Below the pieces are notes generated by a model. That model searched no databases. It saw only the letters and a program-made list of their open reading frames with translations, and was not told the DNA's origin. The translations under genes and the position numbers were made by a program. Positions 14,103-29,499 of a stretch of 64,000 nucleotides of DNA are shown here, piece after piece; position 1 is the first letter of the stretch, and each line of letters begins with the position of its first letter. This DNA comes from Octopus vulgaris. Lineage: Eukaryota. The stretch spans positions 39,246,001 to 39,310,000 of the forward strand of contig OX597837.1 in assembly GCA_951406725.2 (NCBI GenBank), read 5' to 3'.

Positions 14103-14510
14103 GGCGTAGGAGTGGCTGTGTGGTTAGTAGCTTGCTTACCAACCACAAGGTTCTGGGTTCAGTCCCACTGCATGGCACTTTGGGCAAGTGTCGTCTACTA
14201 TAGCTTCGGGCTGACCAAAGCCTTGTGAGTGGATTTGGTAGATGGAAACTGAAAGAAGCCCGTCGTATATATATATATATGTGTGTGTGTGTGTATATGT
14301 TTGTGTGTCTGTGTTTGTCCCCCCAACATCGCTTGACAACTGATGCTGGTGTGTTGACGTCCCCCGTAACTTAGCGGTTCGGCAAAAGAGACCGATAGAA
14401 TAAGTGCTAGGCTTACAAAGAATAAGTCCTGGGGTCGATTTGCTCGACTAAAGGCGGTGCTCCAGCATGGCCACAGACAAAATGACTGAAACAAGTAAAA
14501 GAGTAAAAGA
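14102..14510 (+). mobile_element. tRNA-derived SINE family A (representative; internal (TA)/(TG) tract, tail gtaaaagagtaaaagag)
   Basis: Head ggcgcaggagtggctgtgtgg...ggttcagtccc. Other copies at about 3252-3670, 4560-4976(-), 21955-22378(-), 35965-36470, 40435-40960, 46730-47070(-), 59908-60270. Confidence 0.8.
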
Positions 14511-14681
14511 GAATACATGTGTATGCGTATGTGAATGTGTATATATATGTGTGTGTGTATATATATATCTCTCTTTTTTGACTGCGGCCATGCTGGAGCA
14601 CTGCCTATATATATATCCTCTTTATAATATTTTTCTGATTCCATACCTGAGTCTGTTTATAACAGTAGAGTCTATGAGAAA

Positions 14682-15016
14682 ATGTTGTTAGGGGCAGCAG
14701 GTGGATCCCTAATTATTATCATTATTATCGTTATTATTATTATTTTATGTATATCTTATTTTTACTTTATTACATATTTATTTCCACCTAAGTCCACCAC
14801 CTTTTTATTTTTTTCTCCCAACTCCCTCCTGTCCTCTCACCTTACCTGCACCTTCTCACACCTCACCCCACCTCACCCCCTCCTCATCTCTAACTCCACC
14901 TCCTTCCTTCCTTCCTTCCTTCCTTCCCCCACCTCTGACAACATCCACCACCACCACCACCACCGCCACACACCCAACCACCCACCCTCCTTGTCTACAC
15001 CCCTTAATCAAACAAG
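14682..15016 (+). other. Candidate upstream (5'UTR or N-terminal extension) exon of the EGF-ligand gene
   Basis: Unique island among repeats ending AAG|gtaaag; the phase-2 donor would join acceptor 29099 in frame with the 29178 ATG. ORF content is low complexity, so it may be non-coding. Confidence 0.3.
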
Positions 15017-15032
15017 GTAAAGGTAACAGCTA

Positions 15033-15046
15033 GTCGCCATAGCAAC
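15033..15046 (+). promoter_or_regulatory. RFX X-box-like motif GTCGCCATAGCAAC
   Basis: Matches GTNNCC-AT-RGNAAC; in unique sequence just downstream of the candidate first-exon donor. Confidence 0.35.
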
Positions 15047-18000
15047 TCTCTCTTTGCAATCAATAAGACCTGTTGCTGAATGTTCTTTGGTTTTTTTAGA
15101 ATACCTGAGCGTTTTTTTGGTTCAGCTTGGTTTTTTTTTTCCTTTATTTTTGTTTTTGCTTCTCTTTTTGTTTTTGATATGTTGTTTGTTTGTTTTTGTT
15201 CATTTATTCTTACATTCATTTATTTTACTTTTTTTTTATATTTTATATTTTCGTTATCTGTTTGTTTTATTTCCTTTTTTTTGAGTTCACCTTCAACTGG
15301 AGGGGGGGGGGTTAAGTTCCCCCCCACCGCCGCCCCCAACAACCTTGTTTTCGCTTTACTGTATTCATTTATTCCAGGATTTTCTCGTTCCCCCCCACAC
15401 CTTTTTTTCTGGCAGTCGGTGATTGGATTATTGCCATGCTGGAGCACCACAACCACTACCACTGCCGTATCTCCACAGCCTCCCACTGTTACCATCATCA
15501 TCATCGTCATCATCATCAAAGGAGTTTCTGCACTCAATTATTATGTATCAATCACTGCCCACTTCCGTACCACCCCCCGTCCTCCTTTCTCACACCCACC
15601 ACATTCCCACCGAACTGTACTTGCCGACTGGTACTTTATTTCCATCACATGATCCACAAGGGAGGAGCAGGAGTTGCAAGGGGTGGGTGGGGGGGGGGAA
15701 CCAAGCCATCGACCTAGAAGAGAAGAGAAGAGATAGAAATTTAACTCAATGACACAGATCATCATCATCATTTAATGTCCGTTTTCCATGCTGGCATGGG
15801 TTGGACAGTATGACAAGAACTAATAAGGCCATTAAGGAACTAAGACTATTAAGGCAGCAAGCTGGCAGAATCGTTAGCATGCTGGGAGAAATGCTTAGCG
15901 GTATTTCGTCTGCTGTTATGTTCTGAGTTCAAATCCCGCCGAGGTCAATTTTTGCTTTTCATCCTTTCAGGGTCGATAAATAAAGTACCTATTTCTTTAT
16001 TACCCACAAGGGGCTAAACATAGAGGGGACAAACAAGGACAGACATAGGTATTAAGTCGATTATATCGACCCCAGTGTGTAACTGGTACTTAATTTATCG
16101 ACTCCGAAAGGATGAAAGGCAAAGTCGACCTCGGCGGAATTTGAACTTACAACGTAATGGCAGACGAAATACCGCTAAGCATTTCGCCCAACGTGCTAAC
16201 GTTTCTGCCAGCTCTCCGCCTTTATAGTACCAATAAAGTACCAGTTACGCACTGGGGTTGATGTAATCGACTTAATCCCTTTGTTCTTGTTTGTCCCTTC
16301 TATGTTTAACGCCTTGTAGGCCATAAAGAAATAAAGAACTAATAAGGCCAGGAGCTGCCCCCAGGTTTCACAGTTTTGGCCTGGTTTCTATGACTGGATG
16401 CCCTTTCTAATACCAACCATTTTGCACAGTGTACTGGGACACTGTTCATATAGCACCTGTGCTTTTTATGTGGCACCAGGACCAGTGTTTTTTACATAGC
16501 CCTGGCACCAGAGGTGAAACCATCACTAGTGCTTTTTTACGTGGCACCAACAGTAGTGCTTTTTATGTGACAAGAGCAGCAGTGCTTTTAACATGGCTTT
16601 AGTACCAGTGCATTTGATGTGGCACCAGCTCCAGTGCTTTTTATGTGACACCAGGACCAGTGCCTTTTACATGGCACCAGATGTGAAACTATCACCAATG
16701 TTTTTTATGTGGCACCAATACCGAGCTTTTTCTGTGGCACTTAGTACCAGTGCTTTTTACGTGACCGCATAATCATGAGGATAATAAACTGGACAGTTTG
16801 AGCCCAAAACAGGTAGAATAGTTGAACCCTGATATTTGAGCCAGTTTAAATGCTAAACAATTATAAGTCAGGTTGATCTTGATGGCTTAATTGATTACAG
16901 CTGATCTAGAGCTAGACAACTGCGAAACATGCGTTTGATCAACCTGCTTGATGTGCTTACTAAAGCTCCCTCAAATAGGACCTTGCTGTTGTCTTAAGGA
17001 AAAGATATGTTGGTTATATACTGCATTCTAGATGACCTTGAGAAAAAAAAGAGGATGGTTCTTGCTGGAATACTTTCTGGTATAGCCAACTTGATTGGGG
17101 TTAACCTAAGGGCTGATCAACTATAAAATGTAAAGAAACACACATACCAATCCCCCTTCCACACACACACGTTACAACAAAGTTACAACAAGCACACTCG
17201 TTGCAGCAAGCACACTCTGCTCGTTGCAGCACGCACACTCCACTAGTTACAGCAAACTGCCACGTTGCAATACACACACACACATTACTACTACTACTAC
17301 TACTACCTGACACCCACATTCACACTACATACATGCCTCCCACAAAATATCCATACATATATTTACATCAAAACCACATCACACACACATACACACAACC
17401 CACTGCATCCTCCCATGCCACACCATTCATACACACATACACATCATCATCTTGTTCATTCATCAGAGCAACAAGAAACGATCTCGTCATCTTTCAGGAT
17501 GACTGGTGACCCGCACAGCAACTTTGTTTAAAGTGAAGAAGAGTCGCTCACGGTCAGCCTTACTCTCTCCTCCATGACCATCTTTACTCGCAAGACCAGG
17601 TCAAGACAACTGAGGATGGAGACAGATGCAGTGAATGACCAAGACGTCTTTCTTACTTCATCTTGCGCTCTGCACCCCACAATGCATCACTGCAGCTGCC
17701 TGCTCCTTCGTTGAACCATGAAGGGTTTTCTTGTGCAGATTTTTCCAGATCCTGCTTTCATACTTTCATATGGATGGTCAGAACAGGCAAGGACCTAATA
17801 TGCTAATTAACCTACAACGAAGACCCTGACAGGTGCTGCTCCTCTGTGGTCAGAATAGATCTGGGAACAATAGGGGCCAAGAGGTGGTTCTACTCTCTTC
17901 AAAATGCTGGGATTCCTGAATCAGAGCACTCCTCTACACACACACACACACACACATCCCTGAACACTTATATACACACACACACAAAAACATGCACACA

Positions 18001-18394
18001 CACACACACACACGCACACATACACACACATCCCTGCACACTTATATACCTCCTCACATACATAGATCCCTCCACACATGCACCCATACATACCGATGTA
18101 CCTTCTCCCACATACCCCTACAGGCATACCTTTGCACTCGCATACCAATCTACACACATGCACACCTACATCCCCAACACGTATACAAAAGAATATACCC
18201 ACCCACACATAAATAAGCCATTTTTCTCCATTATATTCTTGATAAAATTCTTCAATGTTTTATTGTTTTCAAACTTATTAAGCAAGATTTTTCGCTTCAC
18301 AGAAATCCTCAAACGATCAGAGGAAAGGGGAATTTATTCCATTGCTGCCACCGCCAGGCATACCTTTGCACTCACATACCAATCTACACACATG

Positions 18395-18426
<32 letters not shown>

Positions 18427-19899
18427 CATATACATACCTACATATACATACCTACATATACATACCTACATCCCCAACACACACACATACCTACATATAC
18501 ACACCTACATCCCCAACGCATACCTGCCCACACATAAATAAGCCATTTTTCTCCATTATATTCTTCATAAAATTCTTCAATGTTTTATTGTGTTCAAACT
18601 TATTAAGCAAGATTTTTCGCTTCACAGAAATCCTCAAACGATCAGAGGAAAGGGAATTTATTCCATTGCTGCCACCGCCAGCAATAGCCATTATTTACTC
18701 TGCCAAGAAACTTTCAAACAGTTGCCAAGACTTAATAAAATTCATTTCATTTTGGAGCTAAATTACTTATAAAACTAGTTTAAACTGGATCTCTTACATA
18801 CATACGTACATACATTCATTGTGTGTGTGTGTTTGGTAAGAAGCTTGCTTACCAACCACATGGTTCCAGGCTCAGTCCCACTGCATGGCATCTTGGGCAA
18901 GTGCCTTCTACTATAGCCTCGGGCTGACCAAACCCTTGTGAGTGGATTTGGTAGACGGAAACTGAAAGAAGCCCATCGTATATATGTATATATATATATA
19001 TATATATATCATCATCATTTAACATCCGCTTTCCATGCTAGCATGGGTTGGACGATTTGACTGAGGACTGGCGAACCAGATGGTTGCACCAGGCTCCAAT
19101 CTTGATCTGGCGGAGTTTCTACAGCTTGATGCCCTTCATAATGCGAACCACTCAGAGAGTGTAGTGGGTGCTTTTACGTGCCACCGGCACGAGGGCCAAT
19201 CTGGCAGTACTGGCAACAGCCATGTTCAAATGGTGCTTTTTACATCCCACCTGCACAGGAGCCATCCAGGGGCACTGGCAATGACCTCGTTTGAATGTTT
19301 TTTCATGTGCCACTGGCACAAGTGGCAGTAAGGCAATGCTGGTAACGATCACGCTTGAACGGTGCTTTCTGGCAATGATCATGCTTGGATGGTGCTCTTA
19401 GTGCTCCAGTCATCGAATTTGATTTTGTTTTCACTTGCCTCAACAAGTCTTTGCAAGCAGAGTTTAGTGTTCAATGAAGGAAAGGTACGCATAAGTGTGC
19501 TGGTTACACCCCTGGCATAGGCCACAGGTTATGGTCTCACTTGGCTTGCCAGGTCTTCTCAAGTACAGCATATTTCCAAAGGTTTCGGTCACTAGTCATT
19601 GCCTCGGTGAGGCCTAATGTTCGAAGGTCATCCTCCACTACCTCATCCCATATATGTATGTGTGTGTATATATGTTTGTGTGTTTGTCCCTGCAACATCA
19701 CTTGACAACCAATGTTGGTGTATTTGTGGCCCCATAACTTAGTGTTTCGGCAAAGGGGACTGATAAAATAAGTACTATAAAGAATAAATCCTGGGGGCGA
19801 TTTTCTCGACTAAAAGGTGGGGTTCCAGCATGGCCACAGTCAAATGACCGAAACAGGTAAAAGAATAAAAGGACTGTAAGTACTATTGTCAATAATACT

Positions 19900-21760
<1,861 letters not shown>

Positions 21761-23048
21761 TATTAGCATTTATGCGTGGGTGTGCTTCTTAATGCCAATC
21801 ACCTCACAGAATGGACTGAATGATTTTTATGTGGCACCAGCACCAGTGAGGTGTTTACTATATACATGTTTTGCGTGTGTATATGCTCATATATTTCTGT
21901 GTTTGTGTCCTAAGGTGTGTTTTGTGTGCATCTGTGTACTCTATTATTATTATTACTTGTTTGGCATGTGTCATTTGACTGCGGTCATGCTGTCAGCACC
22001 GCCTTTAGTCGAGCAAATTCGACCCCGGGACGTTGCCATTCTTTGGCCCAAAAAAGTGGGGCCCAGTACTTATTCTATTCGGTCTTTTGCCGAACCGCCT
22101 GACGGGGACGCAAACACACCAGCATCGGTTGTCAAGCAATGCTAGGGGGGACAAACACAGACACACCAACACACACAAACACACACACGCATATATATAT
22201 ATATACATATATATGACAGGCTTCTTTCAGTTTCCGTCTACCAAATCCACTCACAAGGCTTTGGTCGGCCCGGGGCTATAGTAGAAGACACTTGCCCAAG
22301 ATGCCACACAGTGGGACTGAAACCAGAACCATGTGGTTTGTTAGCAAGCTACTTACCACACAGCCACTCCTGCGCCTATATGTATGCACACAAACATCAT
22401 CATGAGATGTCTGTTTTCCATGCTGGCATGGGTTGGACAGTTTGATAAATGCTGGCTAGGCAAAAGACTGCACCAAGTGGTTGGCGTTAGGAAGGGCATA
22501 CAGCTGGATACCCTTCTTAATGCCACCCACCTTACAGAATGGACTGAATGATTTTTATGTGGCACCAGCATCAGTGAGGTGTTTTGGCATGCTTTATACA
22601 GCTAAATCATCATCATCATCATCCATAACTTTAAATCTGGGTTGTTGTTTTTTTGCCAGCTGAGTGAACTGGAGTAAAGTGAAATAAAGTGTCTTGCTCA
22701 AGGACAAAATGCATCACCAGGAATTGAACTCATAACCTTATGATCGTGAGCTAAATACCCTAACCACTGGGCCACGTACCTTCGTGTATGCCATCATGTA
22801 CATCCTTTTTACCTATACAGTTTGACTAGCCTGTATCCTGTTCCACCAGGAAAATGTGGAGGGGATAGGTGAAGGAGGAGATTGGGAGGGTTCGCTTGAG
22901 AAGGGAGGACACCCCAAACCGGGTGATTGTCAGTGGATGAGGGACTTTCCGTGGGTTCACTTTCATACTCACTTTGTCTATCATTCTGCTGTCTACATAA
23001 ACGGCCAGTGCTTTTGTTGGGTCTGCACTGGGAAGACCTAATTTTCCC

Positions 23049-23610
23049 CAAAGTCCATCCCCTCCTCACCGTGGTGGGGACGCTGGCAACGGGTAGTGTC
23101 AGAGCTATGCCGTCGGGAACTTCGGTTCCTGGCAGAGCCACCCAAGGCGGATTGGTCCAACACCGAGTAGTATTAGGGCCACAACCCGGCAGACGGGGCT
23201 CTGGTGAAAATCCTCGGAGTGTCTGTTTCGGCAACCGGCGGCTCCTCGGTCGTTCTGTCCCTGCGTCTGCGGACAATCTGCAGAAAACAGGATGTCTCTA
23301 CATGCGGGATTGTTGGGGACCGCTTGTGAAATCCACATATTCCCATGAAACTTCTTCCATGTAGTGTCCTTCTCCCAACTCCACTTCCCAACTGGTGGAA
23401 ACGCTGGGCGGGTAGCTGAAGATCAAGGAGGACCTCTCCCTGCTCACGGGACCACAGGTGGTCGGCCTGCGCCAATGGAACCATGACTGGCTCGCTATCT
23501 CCAGTGAACTGGTGCAGGACCGTCGTGTGGGGGCTGCCATGGTTCGAGATGCCTCGAGGGTGGTAGAAGAAGCCGACTCCACCCGCCCAGGGTGAATGTC
23601 GCCACAAGTA
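23049..23610 (+). mobile_element. Short non-autonomous RTE-derived element
   Basis: 5' part gagctatgccg...agagccacccaaggcgga resembles RTE 5'UTRs; ends gtcgccacaagta; second inverted copy at 26227-26598. Confidence 0.6.
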
Positions 23611-23749
23611 TGTATTTTCCATATTTAACAACTTTCCAGGATAACATTTCTGAGTTCTGTCTTTGTTTTCCCGAATCTCTAAGTGCAAGCGTACCAATAT
23701 CCATCCGCCCACACTTCTCGTCCGCCCACAATGTCTTAAATGTCTATAG

Positions 23750-24486
23750 TACATACTCACACACACACATGTGTAACTATATATAGATTGCTACAGATGT
23801 ATATGTGTGTGTGTGTGTATATGAATATACCCACTGACACTTCAATAGAAGTATACAGTATATATGTAAATATACACACACACACATCTCTATCTTACAC
23901 ACACGTGTGTGTGTGTATGCATATGTATATATGCGTGTATATATGTATGCATATTTGTATATATATATGTATGCATATATGTATATATATGTATGTATTT
24001 ATATATATGTATGTATTTATATGTATGTATTTATATGTATGTATGTATTTATATATATGTATCTGTCTATATATATTGTATGTATATATATATATGTATA
24101 TTTGTGTATACGTATATATATGTATATTTGTGTATATATATATATGTATATTTGTGTATATATATGTATATTTGTGTATATATATGTATATTTGTGTATA
24201 TATATGTATATTTGTGTATATATATGTGTATATGTGTATATATATATGTATATTTGTGTATATATATATGTATATTTGTGTATATATATATGTATATTTG
24301 TGTATATATATATGTATATTTGTGTATATATATATGTATATTTGTGTATATATATGTATATTTGTGTATGTGTATGTATATTTGTGTATATATATGTATA
24401 TTTGTGTATGTGTATATATATGTGTGTATATAAGTGCACATACATGTGTGTATATATGTGTATATATATATATATATGCCCGTGTA

Positions 24487-24530
<44 letters not shown>

Positions 24531-24603
24531 TGTGTATGTGTGTATATGTATATATATATATGTTTGTGTGTGTATGTATTTTATGTTTTTATATATATAT
24601 GTT

Positions 24604-24635
<32 letters not shown>

Positions 24636-25872
24636 CACACATCGCTTGATATCTAAATAAAAGTCTATTTGACCATTTATCTCAGACAGGAAATGCTGCA
24701 ATGTTTACAGGATTATTGGAAAATGTGTGGGTCTTAATGCAGCTGCTTCCACATACAGGTTTCTGTGCACATGCCTATACGTATATATACACACACACAT
24801 ATATATATATATACACTGTGGGTGTGTCTTCGGATGAAGTTTGTATGTATTGCATATCTATGAATATATGTATGTGCAGGCGCATACATGCGCACACTGC
24901 CTGCTATTTATATATGCACTTTAGTTGTGGGTCTCGAATATGTGTATTTTGAGAGACGGATGTATGTATAATATATAATATATAATCAGATCTATATATA
25001 TATATATATATATATATATGTGCTCTATATTGTTGTACTGTACATATGTATGTACATATACACACTATATATATAAATGTGTATAAGTGTGTATATATTC
25101 ATGACACACACACATTACATATATGCAGCCTACATATCTATAGCCATGTACCGGATATGCTGACAAATGGTATAGTATATATATAGTGTATTTATAAACA
25201 TATATATATATATGTATATATATATATGTATATGTATATATATGTATATGTATATGTATATATATGTATATGTATATGTATATGTATATATATGTATATA
25301 TATATGGATATATATATATGTATATATATGTATATATATATGGATATATATATATATGTATATATATATGTATATATATGTATGTATATATATGATATAT
25401 GTATATATATATGTATACATATGTATATATATATATATATATATGTATGTATATATGTATATATATATGTATATATATATGTATATATATGTATATATAT
25501 ATGTATATATGTATATATATATATATATATGTATATATATGTATATATATGTATGTATATATATGTATATATATATATGGATATATATATGGATATATAT
25601 ATGTATGTATATATATGTGTATATATATGTATATATATATATATGGATATATATATATATGGATATATGTATATATATATGGATGTATATATATATGGAT
25701 ATATATATATGTATATGGATGTATATATATGTATATATGTATATATATATATGGATATATATATGGATATATATATATATATATGTATATATGTATATAT
25801 ATATGGATATATATATATGGATATATATATATATATATGTATATATGTATATATATATGGATATATATATAT

Positions 25873-25916
<44 letters not shown>

Positions 25917-25953
25917 ATATATATGGATATATATATATGGATATATATATGTA

Positions 25954-26002
<49 letters not shown>

Positions 26003-26010
26003 ATATATAT
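23750..26010. repeat. (TA)/(TG)-rich microsatellite region
   Basis: Units tatatatgtatatttgtg and tatatggata. Confidence 0.95.
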
Positions 26011-26226
26011 GTTCACCATGTTGGACTGCTGAACTCTACAAGTTTTTTTTTCATCCTCTCTGTTAATTTCTCTTATTCCTTTCTGTCGAAATAATAACTG
26101 GTACTTATTTCATTGACCCTGAAAGGATAAAAGGCAAAAGGTGACCTGGGTAGGATTTGAACTTAGAACATAAAGACAGACGAAATTCCACTAGATGTTT
26201 TGCCTAGTGTGCTAACGATTCTGCCA

Positions 26227-26598
26227 GTACTTGTACTTGTGGCGACATTCACCCTGGGCGGGTTGAGTCAGCTTCTACTCATGGAAGAAGTTTCGTTGGA
26301 ATATGTGGATTTGACAAGCGGTCCCCAACAATCCCGCATGTGGAGATATCCTGTTTGCCATAGATTGTCCGCAGACGCAGGGACAGAACAACCGAGGAGT
26401 CGGTGCAGTTACCGAAACAGGCACTCCGAGGATTTTCACCAGAGTCTGCTGGGTTGTGGCCCTAATACCACTCGGTGTCAGACCAATCCGCCTTGGGTGG
26501 CCCTACCAGGAACCGAAGTTCCCGACGGCATAGCTCTGACACTACCCGTTGCCAGCGTCCCCACCATGGTGAGGAGGATGGACTTTGCGTCCCCAAAT
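26227..26598 (-). mobile_element. Internally deleted copy of the 23049 element inserted in a SINE, 11-bp TSD
   Basis: (CAAGTA)2 tail; cgattctgcca duplicated at 26216-26226 and 26599-26609. Confidence 0.75.
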
Positions 26599-27014
26599 CG
26601 ATTCTGCCAACTCACTGCCTTAATCATCATAACGATGATGATGATGATGATGATTTCTTGTAGTTGCCACAGGGGCATCAGGTGAGGGGAACATTACAAG
26701 GACATGCTGTAATTTGTATGGAGCTTTACAGAAAAGATTACAGGAAGAATGGTAGAGAAGGGTGAACCAAGTGGATGGGTGGGGTTGGGTTGCAAAATGA
26801 GTAATTTTCTGATTACTTCATGTTCTCTCCCCACCTGTTTGAAACTATTGTGTTGCAAGAATTACACCATCAGTTTGTTCTGTTGCATCATCTTTGGGAA
26901 TAAAAATTGGCCAGAATAGTTGTTGAAGTTAAGAGAGTTTGAAAAATAGTCAGCAGGTAGATACTTTTTTTTTTATGTACCAAGACAGATTTCCTCAACT
27001 TTCACCTGATTGTA

Positions 27015-27720
27015 GTAATTAAGATCGCTAATGAAATATCTGGAAAATTTTCGGTATTTAACTATCGATATTCTTTTCTCTCTTTGATTCCAATTCAATT
27101 TTTTCCTCTCCATATTGTTAAATTTGATCATTTTCAATTTCCAAAAAATGTCTAAAGTGGGGCAAAACGAGTAATGACTAATTTTCCATAATCTTGCCTT
27201 GTTAAGGAACAGAGCTGTTCCAAGAGATCACGAAGAAGCTATAAAGAATATTTTATACTGAGTTTTTAGATTGTTAATAATAATTAAGATCACTAATAAA
27301 ATATCTGGATAATTTTTGGTGTTTAACAATCAGAATTATTTTCTCTGTTGGGATTCCAAGTCAATTTTTTCCCCACATTAACGTCTAACGTGGGGCAAAA
27401 TGAGTAAAATAGCTTATTTCAGTAATTTTATTGTGCTAAATGCATGGTGAGGGAGAGAGCCACTAGAAGAATATTTTATACTGAGTTTTTAGATTGTCAA
27501 TAATAATTAAGATCACTAATAAAATATCTGGATAATTTTTGGTGTTTAATAATCAGTATTATTTTCTCTGTTGGATTCCAAGTCAATTTTTTCCCCCCAT
27601 ACATTAATGTCTAACGTGGGGCAAAATGAGTAAAATAACTTATTTCAGTAATTTTATCTTGCTAAATGCATGGTGAGGGACAGAGCCACTAGAAGAATAT
27701 TTTCTGCTGAGTTTTAGATT
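27015..27720. repeat. ~230-260 bp tandem repeat, 3 copies
   Basis: Repeating taattaagatcactaataaaatatctgga...gtggggcaaaatgagtaa...actgagtttttaga. Confidence 0.8.
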
Positions 27721-28364
27721 TAGTCAAGTTTCATCAGTTTCATATCATGTGCCATTTTCTCGAGATTGTATTTCGTTTGACCCAGATATTTTAAGTTTTT
27801 GTCACATTTCTGATATTATCTACATTTGACAGATATTTGTCTTCATCTTGTTTGATAACATGTTTTGGCTGATATAGGTGTCTTGGGGAAATTTCAAACC
27901 TGGGTTCTCATTCCTAAGGTATTTTTTGATGTTGTTATTATTATTATTATTATTGTGCCGTTGGCATGTGTAAAAAATTCGAGCGAGGTCGTTACCAGTA
28001 CCGCCTGACTGGCCCAAAAAATTCGAGTGAGGTCGTTGCCAGTACCACCTGACTGGTCCCTGTGACGGTGGCACGTAAAAGCACCCGCTACACTCTCGGA
28101 GTGGTTGGCGTTAGGAAGGGCATCCAGCTGTAGAAACTCTGCCAGATCAAGACTGGAGCATTGTGCAGCCATCTGGTTCGCCAGCCCACAATCAAACCGT
28201 CCAACCCATGCTAGCAAGGAAAGCGGATGTTAAACGACGATGATGATGATGGTGAGGTCACTACCTGGAATCGAACTTGGAATCTTGGGGTTAGTAGCCT
28301 GCGTGCTTAAAGATAGGAAAACATTAGATTTATAAGCTCTAAAGTTCACTCCATAAATGCCGAT

Positions 28365-28435
28365 GGGCATATAGCGTAGTGGTTATGAGCACAGGTTAGT
28401 AACCCCAAGATTCCATGTTCGATTCCAGGCACTGA

Positions 28436-28467
<32 letters not shown>

Positions 28468-28630
28468 TCAAAAATTACATTAGAAATGAGAACCCAGGCT
28501 TGAAATTTCCCCAAGACACCTGATGAAGGCTGGAGGGTATATCAGCCAAAATGTGTTAACAAGATGAGGACAAATATCTGTCGAATGTAAATAATATACA
28601 TAATTCCTCATCTCTTAAATATAGAACTGT
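28365..28630 (+). mobile_element. tRNA-headed SINE with hammerhead-like 3' module
   Basis: A-box TAGCGTAGTGG, B-box GTTCGATTCC, (AAT)n, then acac-CTGATGA-aggctg...cagcc-aAAA-tgtgt. Inverted sister copy at about 27815-28310; 3' module also at 61200-61340 (-). Confidence 0.6.
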
Positions 28631-29177
28631 GCATTTCTGATATTTCTGATGTCTAAGGATGGATATTGTTGTGTATGAGTCTGTTTTCAAATGTAATTCT
28701 GAAGAACTGATGAGGCAAATCGTCAAACCGTCCAACCCATGCCAGCATGGAAAGCGGACGTTAAACGATGACAATAATGATGATTCGACCGGCTTCTTTC
28801 AGTTTCCGTCTACCAAATCCACTCACAAGGCCATAAGAGAAGACACTTGCGTTAGGTGCCACACAGTGGGACTGAACCTGGAGCCATGTGGTTGGTAAGC
28901 AAGCTACTTACCACACAGCCACACCTGTGTCTTTCTACCTTTATTTCTCTCTCTCTCTCTTTCAATCTATCTTCATTTAGTTCTATATCTTTCTTTCTCT
29001 CTTCCAGCCTCCCTCTGTCTGTCTGTCTGTCTGTCACTCTCTCTCTCCCTCTCTCATTCTGCTCTCCTAACCCTTGTTCTTCTTCTTCTCCTTTCCAGGA
29101 TCTCAAATGATCAAGGCCAACCACTCAGGACTACAAACGGAGGTAAATCTACCCAATATCAAAATCACCACCAAATT

Positions 29178-29235
29178 ATGCAACTTCTGTTTACCGTGCT
29201 ATTTATTCTTGGATTAGCATTTCAAAGTTTTGTCG
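29178..29235 (+). CDS. Spitz/Keren-like EGFR ligand, first coding exon (signal peptide MQLLFTVLFILGLAFQSFV-D); exon begins at 29099
   Basis: Polypyrimidine tract plus cag acceptor (AG 29097-98); ATG at 29178 with A at -3; 19 mostly hydrophobic codons then G|gtaagt phase-1 donor that joins exon 35672 in frame (G|AT = Asp). Confidence 0.85.
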
Positions 29236-29499
29236 GTAAGTACTACTACTACTACTACCACTGCTGGTTACAGAGTGGTCACGGTTTCAAATAACTCCTT
29301 CTCCCTTACCTGACAAACCTTTCTCATTTCTTTTTTCTCTTTCACCCTATCACTTTTCCCCTTCTTCCTCACTCTCTCTTTGTCTCTCTTTCTCTCATTT
29401 TCACCCTCATTGTTATTGCTTCATTCTCTTTCATTCTCCCTCTCTCTCACTCTCACATACTCATTCTTTCACAAACTATCCCTCTTTCTCTCTTTCACA

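Noticed and set aside
17440-17830. Complex unique-looking block, possible exon
   Set aside because: No recognisable protein motif or consistent splice pair; probably an old repeat.
28365-28440. tRNA gene
   Set aside because: SINE head with A/B boxes only; degenerate cloverleaf, continuous with the repeat body.
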